Below are positions 18,092 through 28,631 of a DNA stretch of 64,000 nucleotides, piece by piece. This DNA comes from Polyangiaceae bacterium (GTDB taxonomy: Bacteria > Myxococcota_A > Polyangia > Polyangiales > Polyangiaceae). The notes under the pieces are model-generated. The model saw only the letters and a list, made by a program, of their open reading frames with translations, did not search any database and was not told the DNA's origin. The translations under genes were made by a program, and so were the position numbers. The stretch covers positions 96,288-160,287 of the forward strand of contig JBNKBE010000004.1 of NCBI GenBank assembly GCA_050287085.1, given 5' to 3'. Numbering within the stretch: the stretch's first letter is position 1; every line of letters begins with the position of its first letter.

Positions 18092-19225
18092 ATGGAGTCT
18101 AAGTCGCCGCCTTGTTGGGTCACACCCGCCATCGACACGTTGCGTCCGTACGTGCCCGGCAAACCGCCGGAAGAACTCGAGCGGGAGCAGGGGATTCGGA
18201 GTGCACTCAAGTTGGCCTCGAACGAGAGTGCCTTGGGTTGTAGTCCGCGCGTTGCCGAAGCGTTGGCCGCCGCAATGGGGCGCGTTCATCGCTACCCGGA
18301 CGCTGCCGCCTACCGGTTGCGAGGGGTGCTCTCGGAGCGCCTGGGGGTAGCTCCCTCGCAATTGGTCTTCGGCAACGGCTCGAACGAATTGATCGAGCTC
18401 GTGCTGGCGACCTTCTGCACGCCGGAACACCACGTCATCTTCGGTGAGCCCTCATTTGTCGTCTATCGCTCCGCGGCCTTGGCCAGGAACCTTTCGTTTG
18501 CCGCCGTGCCTCTCGAGCGAGGGCATTACGACTTGGAGGCTTTCAAGCGCGCGGTGCAACCCAACACGCGCGTGGTCTTGATCGCCAATCCCAACAATCC
18601 AACCGGCACTTACGTGCCCCGTGATGAGCTGGTTGAGTTCTTGGCGTGGCTGCCGCCGCACGTGATCACTTGTCTCGACGAGGCGTATTTTGAGTATGCG
18701 ACCGCTAGGGACTTCCCGGATGGGGTCGCGCTCCTGCAACGCTTCCCTCATTTAATCGTCCTTCGGACCTTCTCGAAAGCCTACGGCCTTGCTGCGCTGC
18801 GCGCAGGCTACGCCGCGTGCTCGGAGCTCTTTGCCGACTATCTCAATCGCTTGCGGGCGCCTTTCAATCTCAACGAGTTTGCACAGGTGGCGGCGCTGGC
18901 TGCGCTCGATGACAGCGACTTCCTAGCGCGCAACGTCGAGCTGAACGCGTCGCAGCGCGAGCGCTTGAGTGCCGCTCTCAGCGCCCTAGGTCTGACCGTG
19001 TTGCCCAGCCAGACGAACTTCGTGTGGTGCCGGGCCGAGACAGGTGAACTGGATTGGGGGGCTCAGCTTCTCCAGCGGGGGATCATCGTGCGGCCGTTTT
19101 CGGCCGACGGTCGAACCCTGCGCATCACCGTGGGCCATGCAGCGGAAAACGACCGCCTGCTCCAGGCGCTGCACGACGTAGCGAATGCCGACTCGGCCTT
19201 CGTGCCCGCAGCGGAGTCGAAGTGA
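18092..19225 (+). CDS. hisC: Histidinol-phosphate aminotransferase
   Basis: PYVPGKP, KLASNES, GNGSNELI, NPNNPTG, DEAYFEY, RTFSKAYGLAALRAGY (PLP Lys). Confidence 0.95.
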   Translation: MESKSPPCWVTPAIDTLRPYVPGKPPEELEREQGIRSALKLASNESALGCSPRVAEALAAAMGRVHRYPDAAAYRLRGVLSERLGVAPSQLVFGNGSNELIELVLATFCTPEHHVIFGEPSFVVYRSAALARNLSFAAVPLERGHYDLEAFKRAVQPNTRVVLIANPNNPTGTYVPRDELVEFLAWLPPHVITCLDEAYFEYATARDFPDGVALLQRFPHLIVLRTFSKAYGLAALRAGYAACSELFADYLNRLRAPFNLNEFAQVAALAALDDSDFLARNVELNASQRERLSAALSALGLTVLPSQTNFVWCRAETGELDWGAQLLQRGIIVRPFSADGRTLRITVGHAAENDRLLQALHDVANADSAFVPAAESK

Positions 19226-20250
19226 CGGACGGCTTGCGCGGAGCGGCGGGGAAGCGAGCTCCGCGAAGCGCCTGCTTGCAGGCGGGGCGCGCCGCGCTTT
19301 CGCGCGCGATCTTGGGCTTGTGGCTTGTGGCTTGTGGCACGAGTCCGGACGTGATTGTCAAAACCTCGGACGGGCGCGCGCTCCGCGCGGCGGACATCGA
19401 TCAGGATCCGCTTTCGCTATTGCCCGCGGGCGCTGCGCTCGTGTCCGTCATGGACGCGCCGGCGCTATTCGCCTCACCCGTTGGCGGCAAGGTGCTGTCG
19501 GTGTTGCAGCAGCGAATGCCCCTGCCGCCCGAGGCGGATTTTGTACCGCAGCGAGACTTGGAGACCTTGTATTGGGGGTTTTATTCGGTGCAGGGCGCGG
19601 ACTTCGCCGGGGTAGCTCAAGGTCGCTTCAATCCGGTGGCGATCGAGGCGGCCGCTGATGGGTCCCGCCTGGCGCCCCTGGGCGAGCCGCTTCGGGCCGT
19701 CGAGTACGCGGGGCGGCGCTTCTACGTGGCGGGGGGTATGGGTCTTATAGTGCTGACGGAGCGCACCGCTCTCTTCGGCAATGAGACGGGAATTCGCCGG
19801 GTCTTGGATCGCCTCGAGATCGGGCGCATTCAGGACGAAATGCCACCTTCGTTGGGCGCTCTATTGCGCTCGCCAAACGCACCCTTCGCGCTCGGAATCG
19901 ATGCGCTTTCTTCGCCTCAGCTGTCGGCGTTCTCGCGGGTCTTGCCCTGGTTGGATGGTCTTGCTCTGGGCCGAATCGTCGGCGATTTCGAGCCGCCCGG
20001 CATGAATCTGGCCGGCACGCTTTCCTACCCCGACGCAGCCTCCGCAGCGCAGGGAAAGGCGCAGCTGGACGCGATGGGGGAGCGCTTGCGCAGCTACTCG
20101 TGGCTGGCGTCCGTCATCGGGCTTGGACAACCTCTCCGGGCGTTGCAGTCGGCGGTGAGCGAAAGCTCCGTCCAATTCACAGCGTCCTTGGAGCTCGCCG
20201 TACCCATGGCGCTGCTAGATCAGGTAGCCGCGATGGGGAAGACCCCATGA
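19222..20250 (+). CDS. Hypothetical lipoprotein
   Basis: GTG start overlaps the hisC stop (GTGA); lipobox WLVAC; long open frame filling the gap to cmk. Confidence 0.65.
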   Translation: MTDGLRGAAGKRAPRSACLQAGRAALSRAILGLWLVACGTSPDVIVKTSDGRALRAADIDQDPLSLLPAGAALVSVMDAPALFASPVGGKVLSVLQQRMPLPPEADFVPQRDLETLYWGFYSVQGADFAGVAQGRFNPVAIEAAADGSRLAPLGEPLRAVEYAGRRFYVAGGMGLIVLTERTALFGNETGIRRVLDRLEIGRIQDEMPPSLGALLRSPNAPFALGIDALSSPQLSAFSRVLPWLDGLALGRIVGDFEPPGMNLAGTLSYPDAASAAQGKAQLDAMGERLRSYSWLASVIGLGQPLRALQSAVSESSVQFTASLELAVPMALLDQVAAMGKTP

Positions 20251-20347
20251 TGGAGCCTGAGCGCGATAGGGTGAGCACCGGCCGGTTGGGTTGCCATGTC
20301 CCGGCGTGGCTTGTCGCGCGAACCCTCCATCCTTTAGGGTTGGGCGC

Positions 20348-21097
20348 ATGAGCAAGTCTCCGCGCCGCGCACCCGTGGTGGCAATCGATGGGCCGGCGGG
20401 CGCGGGCAAGAGTTCCGTATCCCAACGGGTAGCAGCTGAGCTCGGCTTTTTACTGCTTGATACCGGAGCTCTATACCGTTCGGTGAGTCTAGCGGCGCTC
20501 CGCGAAGCGGCGGAGAGCGCAGAAGACATCGCGCGCGTGGCCAATGAGTTGGTGGAGCGCGACGCGCTCAGGTGTGAGCAAGGGCCAGAAGGACAGCGCG
20601 TATTTCTCGACGGCGAGGATGTGTCTCGCGCGATCCGCACTCCCGAGATCGGAATGCTTGCCAGTCGCGTTTCGGCTATTCCCGAGGTGCGCGGTGCGTT
20701 GCTCGCAATTCAACGTCGGGCAGGGGAAGCCGGGCGGGTTGTCGTCGAGGGGCGCGATATCGGCTCGGTTGTGTTTCCGGATGCGGAGGCCAAGTTCTTC
20801 CTTACGGCGAGTGTGCAGACCCGCGCTCAACGCCGTTTCGAGGAGTTGAAGAACACGGAGCCGGACCTCTCGCTCGCGGACATCACCGATCAAGTAGAAG
20901 AGCGCGACCGTCGTGACTCGAGCCGGCCCGTAAGTCCTTTGGTGCGGGCCGAGGATGCGGTGCTTATCGACAGCACGGGCAAGACGATAGACCAGGTGGT
21001 GAGCGAAATCGTGTCGATCGTGCGTCAGAGGCAGGCGTTGCTCGAGAGCTTCAGTCCGGAGCGGAGCTCGTCTCGGGATCCAAAAATCGGTGACTGA
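20348..21097 (+). CDS. cmk: Cytidylate kinase
   Basis: VAIDGPAGAGKSS, LDTGALYR, VVEGRDIGSVVFPDA, RDRRD. Confidence 0.96.
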   Translation: MSKSPRRAPVVAIDGPAGAGKSSVSQRVAAELGFLLLDTGALYRSVSLAALREAAESAEDIARVANELVERDALRCEQGPEGQRVFLDGEDVSRAIRTPEIGMLASRVSAIPEVRGALLAIQRRAGEAGRVVVEGRDIGSVVFPDAEAKFFLTASVQTRAQRRFEELKNTEPDLSLADITDQVEERDRRDSSRPVSPLVRAEDAVLIDSTGKTIDQVVSEIVSIVRQRQALLESFSPERSSSRDPKIGD

Positions 21098-22016
21098 CCC
21101 GACTCGCGCGACCCCTTCGCCGCGGCCCGCCAAGCACGTCCTGACTTGGCTGGGCGCGATGTTGGTGGCGGTGCTCGGGCTTTTCTATGCGGGCTATCTG
21201 CGCTGGGTTCACTATGAGCGTGTCGCGGTCCGGCACTTGCCCGAGCAGGTGGCGTGGGCCGTTCGCGTGGATACCGAGCAGGCGGTCCTCTTTGAGCCTG
21301 TCCGTCGTTTTCTTTTTCCCCCCCTCGACGCGGGGCTTATGGGGGATAGTTCGAAAGGAAGCTTCGAGAGGGCTGCAGGTGTGGATCTCGCACTCGAGCT
21401 GCGTGAGCTGGTGCTCGTCGGGGGGCCGCTCCCAGGACAATGGCTTCTCGTTGTCGGGGGCTTGTTCAGGGGGCCCGTCCTTCCGTCTTTGATGAGCGCA
21501 TTGGGCTGTGAGTCGTCTGGGGCCCCGACTCAATGCCAAGGGCTGTACTGGGCTCAGGCGGACGACGGCGCGGTTCTGGTTTCGTCCGACCCTGAGCAGG
21601 TGCGGGGGGGCCTGGTGCCCAGCGAACGCTACCGGGCGCTGGGTTTTCCGGGGCAAGGGGCGCTCGGGGCGTTCGCGCGCGTGGGGCGACTCGGAACGGC
21701 GGAGCTGACCCTTGCCGGCGTGGGAGTGGTCGGCGACGGGGACATTCAATGGCGTTTCGACGTGGGCCCCGCGGGGGGCATGAGCGAGGCCGAATACGCC
21801 GAGCTCAAGGCACATTGGCAGCAGGTGCTCGCCGGACTTCCCGCCGATCTCGCGGGGGAGCGTCGAGTCTTGGATCAGGCGACATTCGACCCGGGGACCA
21901 CCCCGGCGACGCTCACTACGAGTTGGTCACGGACGGACTACGCGCGGGGTGCTCGCGCCCTCGGTGCCTGGCTGGGAAAGACTTTGCGAGAGCGAAGACC
22001 AGGCCGCGTTCTGTAA
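21090..22016 (+). CDS. Hypothetical membrane-anchored protein
   Basis: N-terminal TM helix; start overlaps the cmk stop; fills the cmk-rpsA gap. Confidence 0.6.
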   Translation: MTDPTRATPSPRPAKHVLTWLGAMLVAVLGLFYAGYLRWVHYERVAVRHLPEQVAWAVRVDTEQAVLFEPVRRFLFPPLDAGLMGDSSKGSFERAAGVDLALELRELVLVGGPLPGQWLLVVGGLFRGPVLPSLMSALGCESSGAPTQCQGLYWAQADDGAVLVSSDPEQVRGGLVPSERYRALGFPGQGALGAFARVGRLGTAELTLAGVGVVGDGDIQWRFDVGPAGGMSEAEYAELKAHWQQVLAGLPADLAGERRVLDQATFDPGTTPATLTTSWSRTDYARGARALGAWLGKTLRERRPGRVL

Positions 22017-22200
22017 TTGACCGGCCAGTGGGTCGTGGGTGCCAGAGGGCGACGGTTTCCGACTCTTTCCGCGCTCTCGGTGTTTGACTCGCCGACCGTT
22101 TAGCGATAGGGACCCCCCTCCCTTGAGCCGGCAGGCGTCGAAGACGTCCGTGAGCAATGGTGCTCATCGCTACCTGGTTTTGGGGCGCACTATTCAACCA

Positions 22201-23967
22201 ATGACCGAAACACAAGCCACCCATACTCAGGACGCGGCGTCCGGCTTTGCCGCGCTCTTTGAGGCAAGCGAAGACGCGAAAACTGAAGCCACCTCGGGCA
22301 ATGACGAAGGCCAAATTGTAAAGGGCCTAGTCGTTCAGGTAAGCCGCGACGCCATCGTTGTCGACATCGGCGGCAAGAGCGAAGGCGTTATCAGTAAGAG
22401 CGAGTTTGCAGACGCGTTGGGCGAGGTCCACATCAATGTGGGCGACACCGTCGACGTGTTCATCGAAAGCCGCGAGAGTGACGACGGCCTCATCAGCCTC
22501 TCCAAGGAGAAGGCTGATAAGATGAAGGTCTGGGATGAAATCTCGGGTGCCTGTGAGCGCGACGAGATCATCGAGGGGACCATCAGCCAGCGCGTCAAGG
22601 GGGGTCTGAGCGTGACTATCAAGGGGGGCGTCAAAGCTTTCCTTCCAGGGTCGCAGGTGGACTTGCGTCCTGTGCGCAATCTCGACAAGCTGCTCGGTCA
22701 GACTTACGACTTCAAGGTCATCAAGTTCAACAAGAAGCGCGGCAACATCGTGCTCTCGCGTCGAGTTCTCCTCGAGAAGGAGCGCGATGCGATGAAGCAG
22801 AAGACGCTCGAGACGCTGGAAGAGAACCAGGTGCTAGAGGGGACGATCAAGAACCTCACCGAATACGGTGCGTTCGTCGACCTCGGCGGCATCGACGGTC
22901 TGCTGCACATCACCGACATGTCTTGGGGACGCGTCAACCACCCGAGCGAAGTGTTCAAGGTGGGCGACTCCGTTACCGTCAAGGTTCTCAAGTACAATGC
23001 TGAGACCGAGCGCGTCAGCCTGGGCATGAAGCAGACCCAGGAAGACCCTTGGAACCACGTGCAAGAGGCCTATCCGCTGGGCAAGAAGGTCAGCGGCAAG
23101 GTGATGAGCATCACCGACTACGGCGCCTTCGTAGAGTTGGAGCCAGGGGTCGAGGGTCTCATCCACGTCAGCGAGATGAGCTGGACCAAGAAGATCAAAC
23201 ACCCGAGCAAGCTGCTCGAGGTGGGTGGCAACGTGGACTGCCAGGTGCTCGAGGTGGACTCGCGCGCCAAGCGTATCAGCCTCGGTCTCAAGCAACTAGC
23301 TCCCGATCCGTGGACCTTGTTCACCGACAAGTACACGCCCGGCGACAAGATCTCGGGCAAGGTGCGTAGCATCACCGACTACGGTGTCTTCGTCGGGATC
23401 GAAGAGGGCGTTGACGGTATGGTTCACAAGACCGACCTGTCCTGGACCTGTCGGGTCAACCACCCGCAGGACATGTACCAGAAGGGCGACGACGTCGAGG
23501 CCATCATCCTCTCGATCAACCATGACGAGAAGAAGGTCAGCCTGGGCATCAAGCAAATCTGGGACGATCCGTGGGGTTCCTTGTTGAGCCGCTACGCCCC
23601 GGGTGCAGTCATCGAGGAAGCGACCGTCATCTCACAGGCTGACTACGGCGTATTCGTTCAGCTCGAGCCCGGTATCGAGGCGATGATCCCTCTCAGTGAC
23701 ATCCCAGACGACATGACCCCCAAGAAGGGTGACGTTGTACGGGGTGAGATCGCCAACGTCGATTCGATGGATCGCCGGATGACGATGACGCTGAAGGACG
23801 TTGGAAACAGCCCAGCGGCTGCCCAATTCACGTCGCGCAAAGAGCAGGGTGGCTCGGCTGCGTCCGGCACGCTCGGAGCGTTGCTCAAGCAGAAGTTTGG
23901 AGATCGCCTCTCCGAGCTGGCTGGCGGCGAAGCCCCGACTCAGGGCGACGAAGACAGCGCTGAATAA
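22201..23967 (+). CDS. rpsA: 30S ribosomal protein S1
   Basis: Repeated S1 domains (AFLPGSQVD, YGAFVDLGGIDGLLHITDMSW, EGLIHVSEMSW); follows cmk as is common. Confidence 0.97.
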   Translation: MTETQATHTQDAASGFAALFEASEDAKTEATSGNDEGQIVKGLVVQVSRDAIVVDIGGKSEGVISKSEFADALGEVHINVGDTVDVFIESRESDDGLISLSKEKADKMKVWDEISGACERDEIIEGTISQRVKGGLSVTIKGGVKAFLPGSQVDLRPVRNLDKLLGQTYDFKVIKFNKKRGNIVLSRRVLLEKERDAMKQKTLETLEENQVLEGTIKNLTEYGAFVDLGGIDGLLHITDMSWGRVNHPSEVFKVGDSVTVKVLKYNAETERVSLGMKQTQEDPWNHVQEAYPLGKKVSGKVMSITDYGAFVELEPGVEGLIHVSEMSWTKKIKHPSKLLEVGGNVDCQVLEVDSRAKRISLGLKQLAPDPWTLFTDKYTPGDKISGKVRSITDYGVFVGIEEGVDGMVHKTDLSWTCRVNHPQDMYQKGDDVEAIILSINHDEKKVSLGIKQIWDDPWGSLLSRYAPGAVIEEATVISQADYGVFVQLEPGIEAMIPLSDIPDDMTPKKGDVVRGEIANVDSMDRRMTMTLKDVGNSPAAAQFTSRKEQGGSAASGTLGALLKQKFGDRLSELAGGEAPTQGDEDSAE

Positions 23968-24036
23968 TCAGCCAACCCCGCGGTAGAAGGCCGCGGGGAG
24001 TCTCACCCGCTGCGCGCGGGTTGGGTAAAATGGAAG

Positions 24037-24068
24037 AGGACCAGGCATTGCGGTGTCTGGTCCTTTTT
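24037..24068 (+). terminator. Rho-independent terminator after rpsA
   Basis: Stem AGGACCAGGCAT / GTGTCTGGTCCT (with G-U pairs), TGCG loop, followed by a T-run. Confidence 0.75.
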
Positions 24069-24216
24069 CGTTGCGGCTAGCGTGTTGTCCTGAGATGCCA
24101 GGGCGTGTCCGGCCGGGGTAGGAAGCCTTCCGCTGCGCCGAAGTGAGGCTGGAAATGCGCGGCGGCCGGGCGTAGCGGTTTGCGGCGCGTCAGCTCCTGT
24201 GTATAGGAAACCCCTC

Positions 24217-25158
24217 ATGGCAAAAGAGGCGCGCAAGGCGCAGCGCGGCGGACGTCGCGGCAGCAAAGACTCACTTCCGGCACCCCACGACCTGGCCGCT
24301 CAGGCGGAGAGCACGCAGGCGTTGAACGCCGAAGCGCAACGGGGCATGTTGCTTAGAATCGGGCTCATCACCGCGGGGGTCTGGGTTGTGTGCGGGCTCA
24401 TCGCCGCCGTCTCCCAGAGCACGCTTGGAAGGACCATTCCCCTGGGGGTGGCGCTGGTGATCACCCTCGGGCTCGGATGGCTCCTGGTCTGGGCGCAGCG
24501 CAGATCGCGCTCGGCTCAAGGCGTGGCTGGGATCCTCGCGGGGATCCGGAGTGATGAAGATCGCGAGGCTGCGCTTGCGAAACTGGACTCGGACTTCAAA
24601 CCCAATGACGCCGCCGCGATATTCGCCAAGGCGCAACTGTTGATGCAGACCGATCCCAAGGCTGCGCTGACGGCGCTCGAGACCATCGACTTGCAGAAGA
24701 GCATCCCCACCGTCGCCGATGAGGCTCGTGCGCAACGGGGGATGTTGCATCTGATGCTGGGGGAGCCCTCGCCCGCTCGCGATCTCGCTGATGGGATCGA
24801 TCTGTCGCGGCACCAGGACTCGCGCTCGAAAGCCATGATGGCAAGTGTCATCGCCGAGGCTTGGGCACGCACCGGACAGGCCAAGAAAGCTGCCGTGGTG
24901 ATCGAAGTCTTCAAACCCGAGGACGAGTTATTCGAACAGGTGCGACCTCAACTGTATCGCGCGCGCGCGTTTGTCTACGCCTATCAGAATAACCCCAAGG
25001 CCATGAAGCAGGCTCTGCGCAGGCTCGTCCAAATCGACGCTCGACTGCTCGGCAGTCTGCTCACGAAGCGAACACACCCCCTGCTGCAGAAGGAAGCCCG
25101 CTTGCTGCTCGAGCAAAGCGGCCAGGTGCAGCGCAAGGTCCAGTTTCAGCGCGGCTAG
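24217..25158 (+). CDS. Hypothetical membrane protein with two TM helices and a TPR-like cytoplasmic domain
   Basis: Two hydrophobic segments followed by Ala/Leu helical repeats. Confidence 0.7.
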   Translation: MAKEARKAQRGGRRGSKDSLPAPHDLAAQAESTQALNAEAQRGMLLRIGLITAGVWVVCGLIAAVSQSTLGRTIPLGVALVITLGLGWLLVWAQRRSRSAQGVAGILAGIRSDEDREAALAKLDSDFKPNDAAAIFAKAQLLMQTDPKAALTALETIDLQKSIPTVADEARAQRGMLHLMLGEPSPARDLADGIDLSRHQDSRSKAMMASVIAEAWARTGQAKKAAVVIEVFKPEDELFEQVRPQLYRARAFVYAYQNNPKAMKQALRRLVQIDARLLGSLLTKRTHPLLQKEARLLLEQSGQVQRKVQFQRG

Positions 25159-25263
25159 CAGCCCGCACGCCACAGCAAGAGTCGGCCGGGCTAGTCGGGC
25201 GTTACCGTCCGCAGGAGCCCTACGAGCTGGGTTTCGCTGACCGTTGCGGTCCGCAGTGGCTGG

Positions 25264-27258
25264 CTACAGACCCCGCAGCGAGGCCATTGCTACTCGCTGC
25301 AGGTGGACCTCGGGCAGAAGCTCCCCGTAGGAGAGCACCGGCAGGTGGGGAAAGTCCGTTTCTAGCAAGCGGCGCACGAAGCGCCGGACGTCAGCTTGTG
25401 TGAGCAGGACGCGAGCCGGCGCCTGCTGGTCTTCAGCGCTCTGCAGAGCGCGCCGGACAGCGGTTACGACGTCTCGCGCCTGGGGCGGCGATAGGGTTAG
25501 AAAAGCGCCTCCGCTGGTGCGTGAGATGGCGCCCCGGACCGCGTCTTCGAGTTCCGGCTCGAGCAATAGAACGGGCAGGGTGCCGGCCCCCATCGTGGCC
25601 TGGTGGGTGAGCTCTCGGCGCAATTGGCTGCGAACGAATTCCGTTAGGTTGAGCGGATCGCGATCGTTTTGTGCGACCTGGGCCAGCGCCTCCAAGATGG
25701 CTTTCAGGTTGCGAATGTTCACCTGCTCCTCGACTAGACGACGGAGGACGTCGCTCAGCAGGCCAACGCTCACCGGTTTGGGCGTCACCTGGCGTACCGT
25801 TGCGGGGGCTATGTGCTCGAGTCGGTCGAGCAGCATCTGAGTCTCCGCGATTCCGATGAAGTCCGTAGCACGCCGACGGAGCGTCGCCATCAAACGATCC
25901 ATCAACGTCACGGCGAGGTCTTCGGGGGCCGTTTCCGGCGCGAGCGTTATGGTCTGGACCGGCACTTCGAATAGCGAAAGCACCACTGCGCGGCTGGGCA
26001 GCGCCGGGTTGGTGCGTATCACGCAAGCGGGCAGCGGCGTTCCGAGGTCGCGAAACAAGACCTCGCGAATTGCGTTGGGCACCGAGCGCAGGCCCGGGCG
26101 TACGAGCTCGTCGTGGGTTTCGGCGTCGTCGAGCCAGGGCTCCAAGTCGGCCGCCATCTCGAGGGACCATGGCACCACAACGGGCACGAAGCGCGCTCGT
26201 CGGACGGAAGAAGACATGTCCCGAGCCAGTTCGACGGCGCTTTCTTCGCTGGTTTCAGCGCGAGGTGCCGGCCGGCGCGAAACCATGAAGAGCAATCCGC
26301 CAATGGTGATCAAAGGGAAGAAGGGTAGCCCTGGGGTCAGAGCCAGACCCACGATGAATACCGCGGCAACGAAGAGCGCCTTCGGCGTTCGAAGGAGCTG
26401 TTGAGTGAGCTCCTTGCCCAGGGCGTGTTCGTCTTCTTCGCTGGCCACCCGCGTTACGAGAATGCCGGCTGCGGTCGCCAAGATAAGAGCCGGGATCTGT
26501 GACACCAGACCGTCGCCAATCGTCAGCAGACCGTAGCGCTTGAGCGCATCGCTGGCATTCATATCGCGCTGGAACACGCCGATCGCGAGGCCGCCCAGCA
26601 GATTGATCCCCGTGATCAGGAAGGACGCGATGACGTCGCCCTTGACGAACTTCATCGCGCCGTCCATCGCGCCGTAGAACTGGCTCTCTCGTGCGAGCTT
26701 ACGGCGTTGACGCTTTGCTTCCGCGCCGTCGATGCCGCCGGCTCGTAGCTCGGCATCGATCGCCATCTGTTTTCCCGGCATTGCGTCCAGGGCGAAGCGC
26801 GCGCCGACCTCGGCAACCCGTTCACTTCCTTTGGCAATGACGACGAACTGGATGATCGAAAGGATCAGGAAGATGACCCCACCGACCACGTAGTTGCCGC
26901 GCACTACGAAGTCTCCGAAAGCCGAAATCATGGCGCCCGCGTCGGCCTGGAGCAAAATGAGGCGCGTTGACGAGACGTTGAGGGCCAGCCGCACCAGCGT
27001 TGTCAGCAGGAGAATGGAGGGAAATGCGGCGATCTTGAGGGGCTCTGTGATGTAGAGCGTGACCAGTAGGATCGTGATCGCCAAGGCCATATTGGAGCTG
27101 ATCAACAGGTCCAGGAGCCAGGTAGGCAGCGGGACTATCATCAGGCCCACGATGCCGATCACGAGCCCGGCGAGCGCGGCGTCGGGCGATGACAAACTCG
27201 GTTGCCGCTCGCGGCGGAGCAGCGCATCACGAGAGTCTGGAGAAGACGGCATAGACAT
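25264..27258 (-). CDS. sctV: Type III export gate protein, FlhA/SctV (FHIPEP) family
   Basis: FPSILLLTTLVRLALNVSSTRLIL, KGSERVAEVGARFALDAMPGKQMAIDAEL, FYGAMDGAMKFVKGD, TIGDGLVSQIPAL, VLSYGEL. Confidence 0.95.
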   Translation of the reverse strand: MSMPSSPDSRDALLRRERQPSLSSPDAALAGLVIGIVGLMIVPLPTWLLDLLISSNMALAITILLVTLYITEPLKIAAFPSILLLTTLVRLALNVSSTRLILLQADAGAMISAFGDFVVRGNYVVGGVIFLILSIIQFVVIAKGSERVAEVGARFALDAMPGKQMAIDAELRAGGIDGAEAKRQRRKLARESQFYGAMDGAMKFVKGDVIASFLITGINLLGGLAIGVFQRDMNASDALKRYGLLTIGDGLVSQIPALILATAAGILVTRVASEEDEHALGKELTQQLLRTPKALFVAAVFIVGLALTPGLPFFPLITIGGLLFMVSRRPAPRAETSEESAVELARDMSSSVRRARFVPVVVPWSLEMAADLEPWLDDAETHDELVRPGLRSVPNAIREVLFRDLGTPLPACVIRTNPALPSRAVVLSLFEVPVQTITLAPETAPEDLAVTLMDRLMATLRRRATDFIGIAETQMLLDRLEHIAPATVRQVTPKPVSVGLLSDVLRRLVEEQVNIRNLKAILEALAQVAQNDRDPLNLTEFVRSQLRRELTHQATMGAGTLPVLLLEPELEDAVRGAISRTSGGAFLTLSPPQARDVVTAVRRALQSAEDQQAPARVLLTQADVRRFVRRLLETDFPHLPVLSYGELLPEVHLQRVAMASLRGL

Positions 27259-27265
27259 GACCAGG

Positions 27266-28411
27266 TTAACTCGGAAGACTGAAGAGCGTCAGTACCCCGG
27301 TGTAGAGCTGAAGGGCAGGTGCTTCGCAGTAGGGTGCGATCTCAAACGCTGATTGGAAGCCACAGAAGGGCGTCCTTGGAAAGCGCTCCCGGAGCACACG
27401 CGCGTCGACGTGGGGCGTCTGATGCAAACCAACGCCGCGGCCACTGCAATTGAAATACAGCCCGAAGCGTGGCTCCGCGCCGGCGAGTTGTCGCTGCAGA
27501 TCGCGGCATAACCCTTCAAAGGTCGAGCGGGCAGCGCCCGCGTTGCGCACACCGAATGTCATGAAGCAGCCCTCCTCGACCTCCGAACTGATCAGCAAGC
27601 CGCGTCGACTCGGATCGATGCCTTGGATGCCTCGCACCAGCATGTCGCCCGGACCGCCGTCGTCAGGAGGGCGATGGGCCAGAATTGTGAGCAGCAAGGG
27701 GCGGCCTTCGACCTGGCTGCCCAGTTGCTCCAGCACTGTGAGGGCCGGAGCTCCCTCGAGTTCCAGCACCATCGAGCCCTCCGCGCGGGTGACGCGCTTG
27801 AGCGGGCTGAGCAACTCGAAGGAGTGGGCGGTGCGCGTCAACGCAGACGGCCCACCGAGCTGTACCGCGATGCCTTGGAGCTTGCGGACTCTTCCCGCTT
27901 CCAACAGCAGGATCCCGGGTTGTCCGTGGGTGCCGGCGCCGAAGATGTGCGGGTTGTTCACCGCGGGACGCGCTTGCCACACCTGTTCGAGGGCGACGGC
28001 TTCGGCTCGTAGAAAGGTGAGCACCGGACGTGGCCGTCGGCCGCCGAAAGTCCACAGCTGCTCGAGATCGTCGGCCGAGAGCTGGCTGTGTTCGCAACAC
28101 TGCACCTGGAGCTCGGTGTTGGCTAGCACCAAGCCGGTCAGCCCCAAGGCCCCCTCGTGCTCACTCCCTTGAGCTATCAGGCCGAGGCCGCACGCAACGA
28201 CAATGGGCGGAGCCTGCGGCCCCAGCTCGCGCAGGGTGCGGCTCGCCAGAGCGTCCACGTCTTGCTCCTTCAGGCCGCTGCAAAAAACTAGGGCGAGCGA
28301 CGGAACACTGGCGCAGGTCCTGAGCGCATGAACCACGGCCCGCGCGCAAGCGTCCACCGCTGCAACCCCGGGTGGCGGCAGTGCCTCGAACGCGGTCGCC
28401 ACGACTCCCAT
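27266..28411 (-). CDS. FIST N/C domain (NosP-like) sensory protein
   Basis: VTRAEGSMVLELEGAPAL, LVRGIQGID, GLYFNCSGRG, GFQSAFEIAP, YTGVL; start uncertain. Confidence 0.85.
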   Translation of the reverse strand: MGVVATAFEALPPPGVAAVDACARAVVHALRTCASVPSLALVFCSGLKEQDVDALASRTLRELGPQAPPIVVACGLGLIAQGSEHEGALGLTGLVLANTELQVQCCEHSQLSADDLEQLWTFGGRRPRPVLTFLRAEAVALEQVWQARPAVNNPHIFGAGTHGQPGILLLEAGRVRKLQGIAVQLGGPSALTRTAHSFELLSPLKRVTRAEGSMVLELEGAPALTVLEQLGSQVEGRPLLLTILAHRPPDDGGPGDMLVRGIQGIDPSRRGLLISSEVEEGCFMTFGVRNAGAARSTFEGLCRDLQRQLAGAEPRFGLYFNCSGRGVGLHQTPHVDARVLRERFPRTPFCGFQSAFEIAPYCEAPALQLYTGVLTLFSLPS

Positions 28412-28590
28412 CTTGGAGGACGTTATTTGTGTCCGGGGCGTGTTGCAAGGCATTCGCGGTTTCCCGCGGCGGCCCTGGCAGTGGGCGACTCCCACCACAA
28501 GCCTCGCCCCAATATCGCTAGAGTTTGGGGTCCCCGCTCCTTCCGACCGTTAGGTCCCGTCCCCCGGGGGCACCAACGAGAAAAAACGGG

Positions 28591-28619
28591 TTGCACTCAG
28601 GTTTGCAGCTAGCTAGAAA
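28591..28619 (+). promoter_or_regulatory. Putative sigma70-type promoter of tRNA-Glu
   Basis: TTGCAC-17 nt-TAGAAA preceded by an A-tract, 12 nt upstream of the tRNA. Confidence 0.55.
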
Positions 28620-28631
28620 CCCGCTTCCCAA

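Noticed and set aside
23970..24026. GC-rich nested hairpins after rpsA as a possible ncRNA
   Set aside because: No recognisable family motif; adequately explained as a structured 3' UTR before the terminator.
25264..27258. Flagellar gene cluster
   Set aside because: Only isolated FlhA/SctV and FliQ/SctS homologs; no rod, hook, flagellin or motor genes in the window.
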